Source: an uncultured Candidatus Saccharibacteria bacterium
GTDB taxonomy: Bacteria > Patescibacteriota > Minisyncoccia > Phycocordibacterales > JACOZG01
Direction: 5' to 3'
Assembly (NCBI GenBank): GCA_964460805.1
Contig: CAYWPU010000002.1
Location: 18,663-82,662, forward strand
DNA length: 64,000 nucleotides
The position numbers were made by a program, and so were the translations under genes. Under the pieces are notes generated by a model that was not told the DNA's origin, did no database searches, and saw only the letters and a program-made list of their open reading frames with translations. This document shows positions 1 to 9,579 of this stretch, one piece after another (within the stretch, counting starts at the first letter, position 1; each line of letters opens with the position of its first letter).

Positions 1-632
1 GTGGTGCTGGCGGCCAGGCTGGCTTGGGTATAGACCGGATCAAGCGTTATGCGCATCTCTTTGGCTTGGGCGAATTATCTGGCGGACCGTTCCCCGGCGA
101 GGCGGCAGGCGTAGTGCCCAGTCGTGAGTGGAAAGAATTAAACTTCAACGGCGAGAGCTGGCTGCTTGGCAACACTTACCACACGGCTATCGGCCAATAC
201 GGCTTCCTCGTTACGCCGCTCCAGATGGTCCGCGCTGTGGCGGCGCTCTCTAACGGCGGTCGCTTGCTCCGGCCCACCTTGCTGGCCGAGAGCGAGCAAG
301 CGCCAAGCTGGACAGAGATTGCTGGCATTGACCCGGCTGATCTAGAAATAATCAAAGAGGGGATGCGCTTGGCAGTGACAGAGGGCACGGCGAGCGGGCT
401 CAATCTGCCCACGCTAGAGATCGCAGCCAAGACCGGCACGGCTGAGCTGGGGACTACCAAAGAGCAAGTGCACTCGTGGGTAACGGGCTTCTTCCCTTAT
501 CGCAACCCGCGTTACGCATTTGCTGTAGTGATGGAACGCGCGCAACGCACTAATTTGGTTGGCGCCACTTACGTGATGCGGCAAGTTTTTGACCAGCTTG
601 CTATCACCGCGCCTGAGTATCTGGAGAATTAA
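1..632 (+). CDS. Penicillin-binding protein (PBP2/MrdA-like transpeptidase), C-terminal fragment; 5' end lies outside the window
   Basis: In-frame from the window start. Translation shows a transpeptidase C-terminal region with KTGTA (K-T-G motif) and a conserved GFFPY..NPRYA tail. Confidence 0.8.
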   Translation, partial: GAGGQAGLGIDRIKRYAHLFGLGELSGGPFPGEAAGVVPSREWKELNFNGESWLLGNTYHTAIGQYGFLVTPLQMVRAVAALSNGGRLLRPTLLAESEQAPSWTEIAGIDPADLEIIKEGMRLAVTEGTASGLNLPTLEIAAKTGTAELGTTKEQVHSWVTGFFPYRNPRYAFAVVMERAQRTNLVGATYVMRQVFDQLAITAPEYLEN

Positions 633-670
633 GAAAAAGCGTTATTTTTAAGCACATTTTGGCAAACACT

Positions 671-700
671 TGACAAGTACATAGTGATGGGTGTATAATA
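671..700 (+). promoter_or_regulatory. Sigma70-like promoter (TTGACA-18nt-TATAAT) upstream of the small ORF 740..961
   Basis: cTTGACAagtacatagtgatgggtgTATAATagg, followed by an AAGGGAGA SD and ATG at 740. Confidence 0.5.
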
Positions 701-739
701 GGGGTTGGTCCTAAAGACTGGTACTTTTACAAAGGGAGA

Positions 740-961
740 ATGGCAATGTATGTGGTCGTCATGTTCAACAATGTCAACGGTGTTTCTGAGGAAGTCGTTG
801 GACAGTTTTCGTCTATTAAAGACGCCGAAACTTGGTTGACAGGGAGGTTTTGGAAAAAGACTGACCAACCATTTGCCGGTTGCCAGTGGGTAAAAAACTG
901 TGGCCTAACTCACTGGTTTGCGAGGGTGGCTTCTGTTGTGGATGCAAAAACACCATCTTGA
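740..961 (+). CDS. Hypothetical small protein (73 aa)
   Basis: ORF with its own consensus promoter, a GGGAG SD and a strong intrinsic terminator directly downstream. No recognisable family. Confidence 0.5.
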   Translation: MAMYVVVMFNNVNGVSEEVVGQFSSIKDAETWLTGRFWKKTDQPFAGCQWVKNCGLTHWFARVASVVDAKTPS

Positions 962-977
962 CATCACTCAACCCAAA

Positions 978-1014
978 GCCCCGCGCGAGATGATCGCGCG
1001 GGGCTTTTCTTTTT
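978..1014 (+). terminator. Rho-independent terminator
   Basis: 10-bp GC stem gccccgcgcg / cgcgcggggc with a 7-nt loop, followed by TTTTCTTTTT. Confidence 0.75.
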
Positions 1015-1043
1015 GCAAAAAATCGTTTACAATAACAGGCAAT

Positions 1044-1505
1044 ATGACAACTGATTACTTGAGCAAGGAGAAGCACGCCGAGCTCACGGCGGAACTGGAG
1101 GATCTCAAGATGACGCGTCGCAAGGAGGTAGCCGAGCGACTAGAGTTTGCCAAGTCGCTAGGTGATCTCTCTGAGAATGCCGAGTATCACGCCGCGCGGG
1201 AGGAGCAGGCAGAGATAGAAGATCGCATCACGCAGTTGGAGAACTTGCTCAAGAATTCAGAAATTATTGCTATCCATCACAGTGTGGCCGTGGAGATCGG
1301 CTCGGCACTGACGGTGGAGAAGATGGGAGAGGGGACTAAGCTCAAGCTGATGATTGTGGGCTCGGAGGAGACTGATGTGCACAACGGCAAGATCTCCAGC
1401 CAGTCGCCCATTGGCGCGGCGCTCTTGGGGAAGAAGAAGGGTGAAACGGCTGAGGTGCAGACACCAAAGGGGACCGTCACTTACAAGATTATTAGCATTG
1501 ACTAG
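1044..1505 (+). CDS. greA: Transcription elongation factor GreA
   Basis: MTTDYLSKEKHAELTAELEDLK...SPIGAALLGKKKGE: GreA N-terminal coiled coil plus FKBP-like C-terminal domain. Start trimmed to the internal ATG at 1044; the track ORF begins at 918. Confidence 0.9.
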   Translation: MTTDYLSKEKHAELTAELEDLKMTRRKEVAERLEFAKSLGDLSENAEYHAAREEQAEIEDRITQLENLLKNSEIIAIHHSVAVEIGSALTVEKMGEGTKLKLMIVGSEETDVHNGKISSQSPIGAALLGKKKGETAEVQTPKGTVTYKIISID

Positions 1506-1508
1506 CTA

Positions 1509-3035
1509 ATGGCCTCGCTCGCAGAGATCCGCGCTGAGAGGGAGAGGAAGTTGGCGCTCTTGCAGGAGCGCGGGCTGGAGGCGTATCCGGCTAGCACGCG
1601 CCGTGATCATACTCTGGCAGGGGTGGTGGCGAGCTTTGATAAATTAAGCAAGAGGAAGAAGGCGCTCTGGCTGGCTGGCCGCGTACGGGCGATCCGCGGC
1701 CAGGGCGCGATTTTGTTTATTGACTTAGACGACGGCACTGGCAAATTGCAGTTAGTTTTTAAGAAAGACGATTTGTCTGCAAAAGATTTTGCATTACTGG
1801 GAGAAGCTCTAGATATCGGTGATTTTATCCAGGCGAGCGGCACGCTCTTCTTAACTAAACGACAAGAGAAGAGCCTGGCCGTGCAGAGCTGGCAGATGCT
1901 AGTGAAAAGCTTGCGGCCACTGCCTGATAAGTGGCACGGCTTGCAAGATGTGGAAGAGCGTTACCGCCGGCGTTACTTGGATGCCTTGATGGCGCCGGAG
2001 GTGAAAGAGCGCTTCCTACTGCGTTCTAAAATTATTTCTGCGATCAGAGAGTTTTTAGATAATGAAGAATTTGTAGAAGTGGAGACGCCCGTGCTCCAAC
2101 TTGTGCCGGGTGGTGCCAGTGCCGAGCCGTTTATCACTCACCATAATGCGCTAGATATTGACTTGTATTTGCGCGTGGCGGAAGAGTTGTATCTCAAGAG
2201 ATTTCTAGTAGCTGGATTGCCAAAAGTTTATAGCATCGCGCGCAATTTCCGTAACGAGGGAATAGATCAGACGCATAATCCTGAATTCACTATGCTGGAG
2301 TGGTACGAGGCTTATAGCGATGCGGCCAAGCAGAGAGAATTTGTGGCTAAATTATTGCAAGCGCTGGTGAAGCAGATTTATAAAACCAAACACTTCACTT
2401 ATAACGGCGAGAAGATAGACTTGAGCAAAGACTTCGCAGTTGTTTCTTATTACGATTTATTGAAGCGTCACGCGCTCATCACCGAGCCGGATAAGATCAG
2501 TCGTGATGACCTAGCGCTCAAGGCGAGCCAGTTGGGTGTAAAGCTGGACGGCGGAGAGAGCCGAGAGAAGTTGCTAGATGCTGTTTATAAAAAAGTCTGC
2601 CGGCCTAAATTAATCCAGCCAACTTTCTTAATAGACTTCCCCGCGGATTATCTTCCGCTCGCCAAGCGCAAGAGCGATGATCCGAGCCTGGTAGACGCCT
2701 TTCAGCTAATCATCGGTGGCGTGGAGGTAGTTAAAGCGTTCTCGGAGTTAAACGATCCGGTGGATCAGCGTTTGAGATTTGCCGCTCAGGAGGCGAACAG
2801 AGAAGCAGGCGACGCCGAGGCGCAGAGGATTGATGAGGACTTCTTGGAAGCGCTGGAGTATGGCATGCCGCCGGCTGGCGGAGTGGGCATTGGTATTGAT
2901 AGACTAGTGATGTTGCTCACCGATACTCAGAATATTAAAGAAGTGATCTTCTTCCCCACACTTAAACCCAAGATTCAAGATACTAATAATGTTGAAGAAG
3001 CTAACGAAAATGAAAAAAATAATCTCACTGCGTAG
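1509..3035 (+). CDS. lysS: Lysyl-tRNA synthetase (class II) with a short Asn/Glu-rich C-terminal tail
   Basis: N-terminal OB-fold anticodon-binding region; class II motifs FRNEG and GGVGIGIDRLVM; typical LysRS architecture. Confidence 0.95.
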   Translation: MASLAEIRAERERKLALLQERGLEAYPASTRRDHTLAGVVASFDKLSKRKKALWLAGRVRAIRGQGAILFIDLDDGTGKLQLVFKKDDLSAKDFALLGEALDIGDFIQASGTLFLTKRQEKSLAVQSWQMLVKSLRPLPDKWHGLQDVEERYRRRYLDALMAPEVKERFLLRSKIISAIREFLDNEEFVEVETPVLQLVPGGASAEPFITHHNALDIDLYLRVAEELYLKRFLVAGLPKVYSIARNFRNEGIDQTHNPEFTMLEWYEAYSDAAKQREFVAKLLQALVKQIYKTKHFTYNGEKIDLSKDFAVVSYYDLLKRHALITEPDKISRDDLALKASQLGVKLDGGESREKLLDAVYKKVCRPKLIQPTFLIDFPADYLPLAKRKSDDPSLVDAFQLIIGGVEVVKAFSELNDPVDQRLRFAAQEANREAGDAEAQRIDEDFLEALEYGMPPAGGVGIGIDRLVMLLTDTQNIKEVIFFPTLKPKIQDTNNVEEANENEKNNLTA

Positions 3036-4560
3036 CAAGAGAGTCTGGTGGTTGCTGGCACTGGCGCTGGTTATTGTGATTGGTGGTGTGGTGGTTGCGG
3101 CGCGCAACGGCGAGGATAATGCTAATTTGATTGTCCTTGAGCCAGCCACACTAGAGCAGAGCGTAACCTTATCGGGGCAGGTCAAGCCGGCTGGTAAGGC
3201 GGATCTCGCTTTTGATCGTGCTGGACGCGTGGGTGCCGTTTTGGCCCAAGTGGGTGACCGGGTGGAGCTTGGCGCGGTGCTGGTGCGCTTGGCCAGTGGC
3301 ACTCTCTCGGCCGAGCTGGAGCGAGCTCAGGCTGACCTGGCCACAGAGCAGGCGCGCTTGGCCGAGCTGGAGCGTGGCGCCAGAGCCGAGGACTTGGCCG
3401 TGAGTCGGGCTGAGGTGGCGCGGCAGGAGGATGACTTTTTAGATAGTCAGAAGAATATGGTGTACGTTTTGCAAGACACCTTTGTGCGAGCCGATAATGC
3501 TCTGCGTTACGAGGCTGATCCGCTCTTCATCAGCCCGCGCAGTAGCTTGGCGCGTTTCGCCTTCAATACCAGCAACACTTCCCGGGCAGAGCGGGTGGCC
3601 GATTGGCGCAGCGACTTTGAGTACAAGATGGCCGATTGGCGCAATCAATTGCTTGCTCTCGGCGCTGGCAGTGACTTATCAGTTTATTATAGCCAGGCAA
3701 AGGCGATTCTCTTAGAGATGCAAGTTGGCTTTGATGATCTGGCTTATCTGGTTAATCTTGTTCCCTCTAGCGACACAGCCAATGGGATCACTGGCTCTGA
3801 GGCTCGGACCAAGATCTCCGCGGCTCGGGCGGCAATCAGTGCCGCGCTGGATGGCCTGGAGAGCGGCTGGCGGGACTATAATAGCTCTTGGAACGCTCTG
3901 GAGGTGGCCAAGCGGGAACTCTCGCTAGATTTGGCCGGTGCCTCGGCTGAGGAGGTCTCGGCCCAGGCCGCGCGAGTGCAGGCGGCCAGCGCCAGTGTGA
4001 GCGCCGCGCGGGCGGCCTTGGGTGAGTCGGTCTTGGTTGCGCCATTCCCGGCGTTGGTTACTTACCAAGAGGCGCGCGTGGGTGAGGTGGCAACTGCGGG
4101 AGTGGTGCTGGTTAAATTATCCGCCATTGATCCGTTTATTATAGAAGCCAATGTGCCGGAGGTAGATATTGTAAAAGTGAAGACGGGAGATATTGCTGCG
4201 GTTACGCTAGATGCTTACGGTCCCACGGTTGAGTTCCAGGCCACTGTTGGCCAGATTGATCCGGCTGAGACGGTGCTAGACGGCGTGCCGACTTATAAGA
4301 TTACTCTCCACTTCACCGCGCTTGATGAACGTATCCGTTCCGGCATGACAGCTAATATCTCACTTGCTACTGGCTTGCGTGAGGGCGTGCTAGCTGTGCC
4401 GCTCCGCGCGGTGAGCACCAGCTCTGGTCGCAGTACTGTGCGCGTTAAGAAAGGTGAAGAAATTTTTGAACAGGAAGTGGCGCTTGGCCTTGTCTCGTCT
4501 GACGGTCAAGTGGAAATTTTATCTGGTTTGCAGGCAGGAGATAAGGTGGTGATGCCTTAG
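2989..4560 (+). CDS. HlyD/MFP-family periplasmic adaptor protein (efflux or secretion adaptor) with no adjacent transporter partner
   Basis: N-terminal TM helix, a biotinyl/lipoyl-like beta hairpin (VKPAGKADL...VLVRL), a long coiled coil and a C-terminal beta-barrel. The start may instead be MKKII near 3010. Confidence 0.7.
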   Translation: MLKKLTKMKKIISLRSKRVWWLLALALVIVIGGVVVAARNGEDNANLIVLEPATLEQSVTLSGQVKPAGKADLAFDRAGRVGAVLAQVGDRVELGAVLVRLASGTLSAELERAQADLATEQARLAELERGARAEDLAVSRAEVARQEDDFLDSQKNMVYVLQDTFVRADNALRYEADPLFISPRSSLARFAFNTSNTSRAERVADWRSDFEYKMADWRNQLLALGAGSDLSVYYSQAKAILLEMQVGFDDLAYLVNLVPSSDTANGITGSEARTKISAARAAISAALDGLESGWRDYNSSWNALEVAKRELSLDLAGASAEEVSAQAARVQAASASVSAARAALGESVLVAPFPALVTYQEARVGEVATAGVVLVKLSAIDPFIIEANVPEVDIVKVKTGDIAAVTLDAYGPTVEFQATVGQIDPAETVLDGVPTYKITLHFTALDERIRSGMTANISLATGLREGVLAVPLRAVSTSSGRSTVRVKKGEEIFEQEVALGLVSSDGQVEILSGLQAGDKVVMP

Positions 4561-4598
4561 TTTTTCCAGAAATTTTAGAGTAAAATTTTTTGCTTATC

Positions 4599-4625
4599 AA
4601 AGCTCTGTCTAAGAGCTTTTTTCTT
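4599..4625 (+). terminator. Intrinsic terminator after the adaptor gene
   Basis: aagctct-gtcta-agagctt followed by TTTTTCTT. Confidence 0.55.
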
Positions 4626-4646
4626 GTGTCTAAAAAACTGGTGAAA

Positions 4647-4714
4647 TGTGGATAACTTTGGTTGTGCGGGGGAGGCTGGTGGGTTAAAATGGTAGGCAAG
4701 TGGGGAAAAGTGGG
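4647..4714 (+). promoter_or_regulatory. Array of GTGGG-type direct repeats (putative MraZ operator) about 35 nt upstream of the mraZ start
   Basis: TGTGGATAA (4647), GTGCGGG (4664), GTGGG (4679), GGTAGG (4691), GTGGG (4700), GTGGG (4710), at roughly 10-16 nt phasing. Confidence 0.55.
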
Positions 4715-4748
4715 TAAAACTAAATAGTGCTGTTTTTGAGAATAATCC

Positions 4749-5183
4749 ATGCTGATCGGCGAATACAAACATACTCTGGATGAGAAGAAGCGCCTGGCAA
4801 TACCGGCTAAATGGCGTAAGGAGATTGGTCGCCAAGTGGTGATCACGCCCGGCTTGGATAACTGCTTGTTCGTTTACACCTTGCGGGAGTGGAAGAGAGT
4901 CTCGGAGAAGCTTGCTAGTCTCTCCATGTTGCGTGCCGATACGCGGAGCTTTAACCGCTTCATGCTCGCGGGCGCGGCGGAGAGCGATGTGGACAAGATG
5001 GGGCGGATCCTAGTTCCCGATCATCTCAAAGAGTTTGCTGGCTTGGGTACGCGCACGGTGGTGGCGGGAGTGCATAGCCGCCTGGAGATCTGGGACGAGA
5101 GCCGCTGGACTGCCTACAAGGCCGAGGTGGGCAAGCGTGCAGACGCGCTGGCGGAGAAATTGGGTGAGATTGGCGTCTTCTAG
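4749..5183 (+). CDS. mraZ: Transcriptional regulator MraZ
   Basis: MLIGEYKHTLDEKKRLAIPAKWRKE: duplicated MraZ/SpoVT-AbrB domains; first gene of the dcw cluster. Confidence 0.95.
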   Translation: MLIGEYKHTLDEKKRLAIPAKWRKEIGRQVVITPGLDNCLFVYTLREWKRVSEKLASLSMLRADTRSFNRFMLAGAAESDVDKMGRILVPDHLKEFAGLGTRTVVAGVHSRLEIWDESRWTAYKAEVGKRADALAEKLGEIGVF

Positions 5184-5215
5184 GCGCATCACTTCAGATT
5201 TTAGATTTAGATCAG

Positions 5216-6106
5216 ATGCATAAGCCGGTTCTTTTACAGGAAGTGCTAGAGGGTCTGGGGCCTCAAGCTGGGGAAACGGTATTGGATCTCACAGTCAATC
5301 GCGGCGGGCATAGCTTGGCGCTCTGCCAGGCGCTCTCTAGCACGGGGCAGCTGGTGGGGATAGATGCTGATAGCGAGGCCTTGCGCGAGGCGGCCCGGAA
5401 TCTCCGTGCTTGTCCCTGCTTGGTTACCTTGCTTGAGGGCAACTTCCGGCAACTGGATGAGCTCTTGCGCGTGGCCGGCATCGGCCAGGTGGATGTGATC
5501 CTCGCGGATCTTGGCCTGAGTAGCCAGCAATTAGACAGCGCCGGACGCGGCTTCTCGTTTAGCAGAGAAGAGCCGTTGGGGATGACTTTCAATCCCAAGC
5601 CGGAGCCTGGCGCGCTCTCCGCTTTTGAGATCGTCAACTTCTGGCAAGAAGAGAGCCTGGCTGATGTGATCTACGCCTATGGCGAGGAGCGCTTTGCCAA
5701 GAGGATCGCGCGGATGATTGTGCAAGCGCGGCAGAGTACGCCGATCTCTACCACCACGCAATTAGCTGAGATTATCCGGCAAGCAGTACCCAGCTGGTAT
5801 GCCCACGGCAAGCGCCATCCGGCCACCAAGACTTTTCAGGCGTTGCGGATCACCGTTAATGACGAACTAGGCGCGCTCAAGGATGGCCTCAATGCCGCCT
5901 GGCTCCGGCTCAAGACAGGTGGACGGCTGGGGGTAATCAGCTTCCATAGTCTAGAAGCAAGGATTGTGAAAGAGTTCTATCGCGCGCGGGAGGCAGAGGG
6001 AGCGGGGGAGATCTTAACCAGTCACGCTATTAAGCCAAGCCGCGCTGAAACTCTTGAGAACCCGCGCGCCAGGAGTGCGCAACTGAGAATCATTAAAAAA
6101 TTATAG
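5216..6106 (+). CDS. rsmH: 16S rRNA (cytosine1402-N4)-methyltransferase RsmH (MraW)
   Basis: MHKPVLLQEVLEGL...DLTVNRGGHS: SAM-dependent MTase fold in the canonical position after mraZ. Confidence 0.95.
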   Translation: MHKPVLLQEVLEGLGPQAGETVLDLTVNRGGHSLALCQALSSTGQLVGIDADSEALREAARNLRACPCLVTLLEGNFRQLDELLRVAGIGQVDVILADLGLSSQQLDSAGRGFSFSREEPLGMTFNPKPEPGALSAFEIVNFWQEESLADVIYAYGEERFAKRIARMIVQARQSTPISTTTQLAEIIRQAVPSWYAHGKRHPATKTFQALRITVNDELGALKDGLNAAWLRLKTGGRLGVISFHSLEARIVKEFYRAREAEGAGEILTSHAIKPSRAETLENPRARSAQLRIIKKL

Positions 6107-6127
6107 AAAATTAAAAAAGTTAAAAAC

Positions 6128-6457
6128 ATGACAGCTAGTAATTTAAATATTTTATATACTCGTCAACGCCTCTTTTGGCGTTGTTTAGCTGTCGCTGTTT
6201 TGCTCTTGGCCAGCTATCTTTATCTGGTAAATAGCGCGGTTTTTAATCTCGTTGCCCGTGAGCGCTTGCTCGGTAATCTTAATGAAATGCGCAGTAACGT
6301 GGTAGCTCTAGAGTCCGAATATTTGGCATTATCTGGGCAAGTCACAATGGAGTTGGCCCGCGAGCGCGGCTTCCACGACGCCACGGCTAGTGCGATCTTT
6401 GTAGAATTGCCAACCCAGAGCTCTGTGGTGGCTCTCGCTCCGGCTGTGCTAGAATAG
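6128..6457 (+). CDS. ftsL: FtsL-like cell-division protein (single TM helix plus coiled coil)
   Basis: 109 aa with an N-terminal TM segment and coiled coil, lying between rsmH and ftsI as expected for FtsL. Confidence 0.5.
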   Translation: MTASNLNILYTRQRLFWRCLAVAVLLLASYLYLVNSAVFNLVARERLLGNLNEMRSNVVALESEYLALSGQVTMELARERGFHDATASAIFVELPTQSSVVALAPAVLE

Positions 6458-6463
6458 GCGATT

Positions 6464-8167
6464 ATGGCGGTTAATCCGGTCTTGCGGATAAGGCTTATTT
6501 CTCTTGCGATTTTTCTTTTTTCTGTGTTGCTTATTGCGCGCTTATTTTTTCTCCAAGTTGTTAAGAGTGATTTCTATACCGAGCGGGCGGATCGCCAGTA
6601 TCAGCGTCCGGCTGCAACTCTGGCCGAGCGAGGAGTGATCTCTTTCCGGCAAAAAGATGGACAATTGGTCTCGGCGGCCAGCATGCGTGATGGCTTCCTT
6701 GCCGCCATCAATCCCAGAGTTTTGCAGAATCCGGAAGCTGTCTATGAGCGCCTGTCGTCACTAGTTGATCTAGACCGCGATGTTTTCTCTCGGGCCACGC
6801 AGGCCAATGCTACTCACAGAGAGATTGCGACCAAACTGAACGAGAAGCAGGCCGAGACGATCAAGAGCTGGGAGATCCCAGGCCTCGGTGTGCTCAAGAG
6901 CCGCTGGCGCTTCTATCCCGCAGGCCGCACCGCCAGCCACGTGCTGGGCTTGGTCAATTATGAGGGAGAGGGAGTCTATGGTTTAGAAAAAGAATATGAT
7001 GATGTGCTGGTGCGTGATGAAGATCAGACCTTTAGCAGTTTCCTCGCAGAAGTATTATCAGACGTGGGTAGCGCCTTGTTTAGCCGCGACACTAACCAAA
7101 CAGAAGCGGATCTCGTTTTGACTATTGAACCAGTGGTCCAAGATACGCTGGAGACCGAGCTCTCTGCGCTCAAGGATAAGTACAATGCCGAGTCTGCCGG
7201 GGCGGTGATCATGGATCCGGTGACGGGCGAGATTATCGCTATGGCGGCCTTGCCCGACTTTGACCCCGGCGCGAGGCAGAGCAGCTTGGAGCCGCTGGCT
7301 AATCCGTTGGTAGAACGGACTTATGAAATGGGCTCCACCTTCAAGCCCCTCACCATGGCCGCGGCGCTGGATGCTGGCGTGGTTAAGGCCTCTACCACGT
7401 ATGATGACCGTGGCACGCTCACGATTAATAACAAAGTGATCAGCAATTATGACGGTCGAGCACGAGGCGTGGTGCCCATGCAGGAGGTGCTCAACCAGTC
7501 GCTCAATACCGGAGTGGTGTTTGCGATGCAGAAATTAGGTCAGGAACGCTTCCGCAATTATGTGGTCAATTTTGGCCTTACCGAGGAGACTGGCGTAGAC
7601 TTGCCTGGCGAGGTGGTGGGGAATAATAATAACTTGCTCCAGAGTAACCGCGAGATTGAATATGCCACCGCCTCATACGGCCAGGGGATCACAGTTACGC
7701 CACTAGCTCTAACTCGTGCTCTGGCCGCGCTGGCTAACGGTGGTCGCTTGGTGCGTCCGCACGTGGTGGCCGAGATCAAGCGCCATGACTCCAAACTCTC
7801 CGAGCTCACACAGCCTGAGCTGGGTCGGCAGGTCATCAAGCCGGAGACTAGCAAGGAGATCACCCGGATGCTGGTGGAGGTGGTAGACACAGCGCTGGTG
7901 GGCGGCAAGTACAAGATGGATCGTTATCGCATTGCGGCTAAGACAGGCACCGCGCAACAAGCACGCCTCTCCGGCGGCGGTTACGATCCGGAGCGCTTCT
8001 TGCACTCCTTCTTTGGCTATTTCCCCGCCAGTGATCCGCAGTTTATTATTTTTATCTATTTAGTCCGGCCGATTGGCGCGCGTTATGCCTCTGACACTTT
8101 ATCAGCGCCATTTATGTCTCTGACTAAATTTTTGCTAAACTATTATAATGTTCCGCCAGATCGCTAA
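6464..8167 (+). CDS. ftsI: Peptidoglycan D,D-transpeptidase FtsI (class B PBP)
   Basis: N-terminal TM helix, dimerisation domain and transpeptidase motifs STFKP (SxxK), SxN and KTGTA. Confidence 0.9.
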   Translation: MAVNPVLRIRLISLAIFLFSVLLIARLFFLQVVKSDFYTERADRQYQRPAATLAERGVISFRQKDGQLVSAASMRDGFLAAINPRVLQNPEAVYERLSSLVDLDRDVFSRATQANATHREIATKLNEKQAETIKSWEIPGLGVLKSRWRFYPAGRTASHVLGLVNYEGEGVYGLEKEYDDVLVRDEDQTFSSFLAEVLSDVGSALFSRDTNQTEADLVLTIEPVVQDTLETELSALKDKYNAESAGAVIMDPVTGEIIAMAALPDFDPGARQSSLEPLANPLVERTYEMGSTFKPLTMAAALDAGVVKASTTYDDRGTLTINNKVISNYDGRARGVVPMQEVLNQSLNTGVVFAMQKLGQERFRNYVVNFGLTEETGVDLPGEVVGNNNNLLQSNREIEYATASYGQGITVTPLALTRALAALANGGRLVRPHVVAEIKRHDSKLSELTQPELGRQVIKPETSKEITRMLVEVVDTALVGGKYKMDRYRIAAKTGTAQQARLSGGGYDPERFLHSFFGYFPASDPQFIIFIYLVRPIGARYASDTLSAPFMSLTKFLLNYYNVPPDR

Positions 8168-9440
8168 ACACAGCATCGCGCGCTTTTTAAGATTAGAAGC
8201 GCGCTTAATCCTCCGCAAATATCGCCCCAAGATCATTGCTGTTACCGGCAATGTTGGCAAGACAGGCACCAAAGAGGCGATTAAAGCCGTACTCGCTACT
8301 AAATATAGAGTGCGGGCGAATCAAAAGAGCTTTAATAGCGAGCTGGGCGTGCCGCTCACGATCCTCGGTTGTGATAATCCGTGGTGGGATCCAATTGCTT
8401 GGCTAAAGGTCTTTCTGGAGGGCTTAGTCTTGATCCTCTTCCGCTCGCAGTATCCTGAGTGTCTAGTATTAGAAGTGGGTGTGGATCGCCCGGGCGATAT
8501 GCGGGAGATCGTGAGCTGGCTCCGGCCGCAGGTGGCGGTGGTCACGCGCCTGCCGGACTTGCCCGTGCATGTGGAATATTTTGATTCGCCCGAGCAGGTG
8601 GCGGCGGAGAAGTGGCTGCTCGCCCAAGCCGTGCCAGAGTCTGGCGTAGTGATCTATAACGCTGATGATGAGAAAGTGCGCGAGCTGGCTACTAGTCTCA
8701 AGTGCCAGACGCTTGGCTACGGTCTTGCTGAACTAGCCCAAGTGCACGGCTCTGATGCCAAGATTAATTACACTGATGATAAGCCGGTTGGCCTTGCTTT
8801 GAAAGTTGATTATCTTGGCGATAGCACGCCCTTCCAGCTCTCGGGAGTGCTTGGCTTGCATCAGATCTATCCACTCTTGGCGGCTGCTGCTCTTGGCGTG
8901 GAGGAGGGGATCAACTTGGCAGAAATGAGCCAGGCCTTGGCGAGCATTAGCCTGCCGCCTGGCCGGATGCGCCTCTTGGCTGGTATCAAAGACACGGTCA
9001 TTATTGACGACACTTATAACTCTTCCCCAGCCGCGCTGGAGGCGGCGCTGGAGACGATGAGCGACTTGCGTGTGGCCGGGCGCAAGATCGTGGTGCTAGG
9101 GGACATGTTGGAACTGGGGCCGCATACCATTGAGGCTCATCGCCGGGCAGGAGCGCAAGCCGCGCGCGTGGCGCACTTGCTGGTGACAGTAGGCCTGAGG
9201 ATGAAGTTTGCTACGGAAGAGGCAAGCAGGAAGAAGATGGGTAAAAAGTCCCTGCACCACTTTGATGATTCCCGTGCGGCCGGTGCCTGGCTGCAGAACG
9301 AGATCCAGCCTGGCGATGTGATCTTGGTGAAAGGCTCGCAGTCGCTCCGCATGGAGCGCGCCGTGGAGGAGATCATGGCCGAGCCGGAGAAGCGGAAGGA
9401 CCTGCTGGTGCGGCAAGAGCCAGAGTGGCTGAAAAAGTAG
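8148..9440 (+). CDS. murF: Mur ligase family protein, MurF-like (UDP-MurNAc-tripeptide--D-Ala-D-Ala ligase); short N-terminus
   Basis: P-loop VTGNVGKTGT near the N-terminus and an IIDDTYNSSPAALEAAL motif like MurF DDSYNANP. It sits in the dcw cluster after ftsI. Confidence 0.65.
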   Translation: MFRQIAKHSIARFLRLEARLILRKYRPKIIAVTGNVGKTGTKEAIKAVLATKYRVRANQKSFNSELGVPLTILGCDNPWWDPIAWLKVFLEGLVLILFRSQYPECLVLEVGVDRPGDMREIVSWLRPQVAVVTRLPDLPVHVEYFDSPEQVAAEKWLLAQAVPESGVVIYNADDEKVRELATSLKCQTLGYGLAELAQVHGSDAKINYTDDKPVGLALKVDYLGDSTPFQLSGVLGLHQIYPLLAAAALGVEEGINLAEMSQALASISLPPGRMRLLAGIKDTVIIDDTYNSSPAALEAALETMSDLRVAGRKIVVLGDMLELGPHTIEAHRRAGAQAARVAHLLVTVGLRMKFATEEASRKKMGKKSLHHFDDSRAAGAWLQNEIQPGDVILVKGSQSLRMERAVEEIMAEPEKRKDLLVRQEPEWLKK

Positions 9441-9463
9441 AAATATGTTATAAAGCAGAGCGA

Positions 9464-9538
9464 GGCCCTATCGTCTAATGGCTAGGACATTACCCTCTCA
9501 CGGTAGAAATCGGGGTTCGAATCCCCGTAGGGTCACCA
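9464..9538 (+). tRNA. tRNA-Glu (anticodon CUC)
   Basis: Cloverleaf folded by hand: acceptor GGCCCTA/TAGGGTC; D-arm GTCT..GGAC; anticodon stem TTACC/GGTAG with loop CTCTCAC (anticodon CTC); T-arm CGGGG-TTCGAAT-CCCCG; discriminator A; encoded CCA. Confidence 0.85.
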
Positions 9539-9579
9539 AAGCATGCATCAATTCAGCTCATTATTTTGTAAAATAAAAT

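Noticed and set aside
3212-4045. Short ORFs (both strands) nested in the HlyD-family adaptor gene
   Set aside because: They overlap a coherent 523-aa coiled-coil/beta-barrel protein. Their Pro/Arg/Trp-rich translations reflect a GC-rich off-frame.
4647-4655. Perfect DnaA box TGTGGATAA as a possible replication-origin marker
   Set aside because: A single 9-mer is expected by chance about 0.5 times in 2 x 64 kb. There is no clustering, no dnaA/dnaN nearby and no AT-rich DUE. It is more simply the first repeat of the MraZ-box array.
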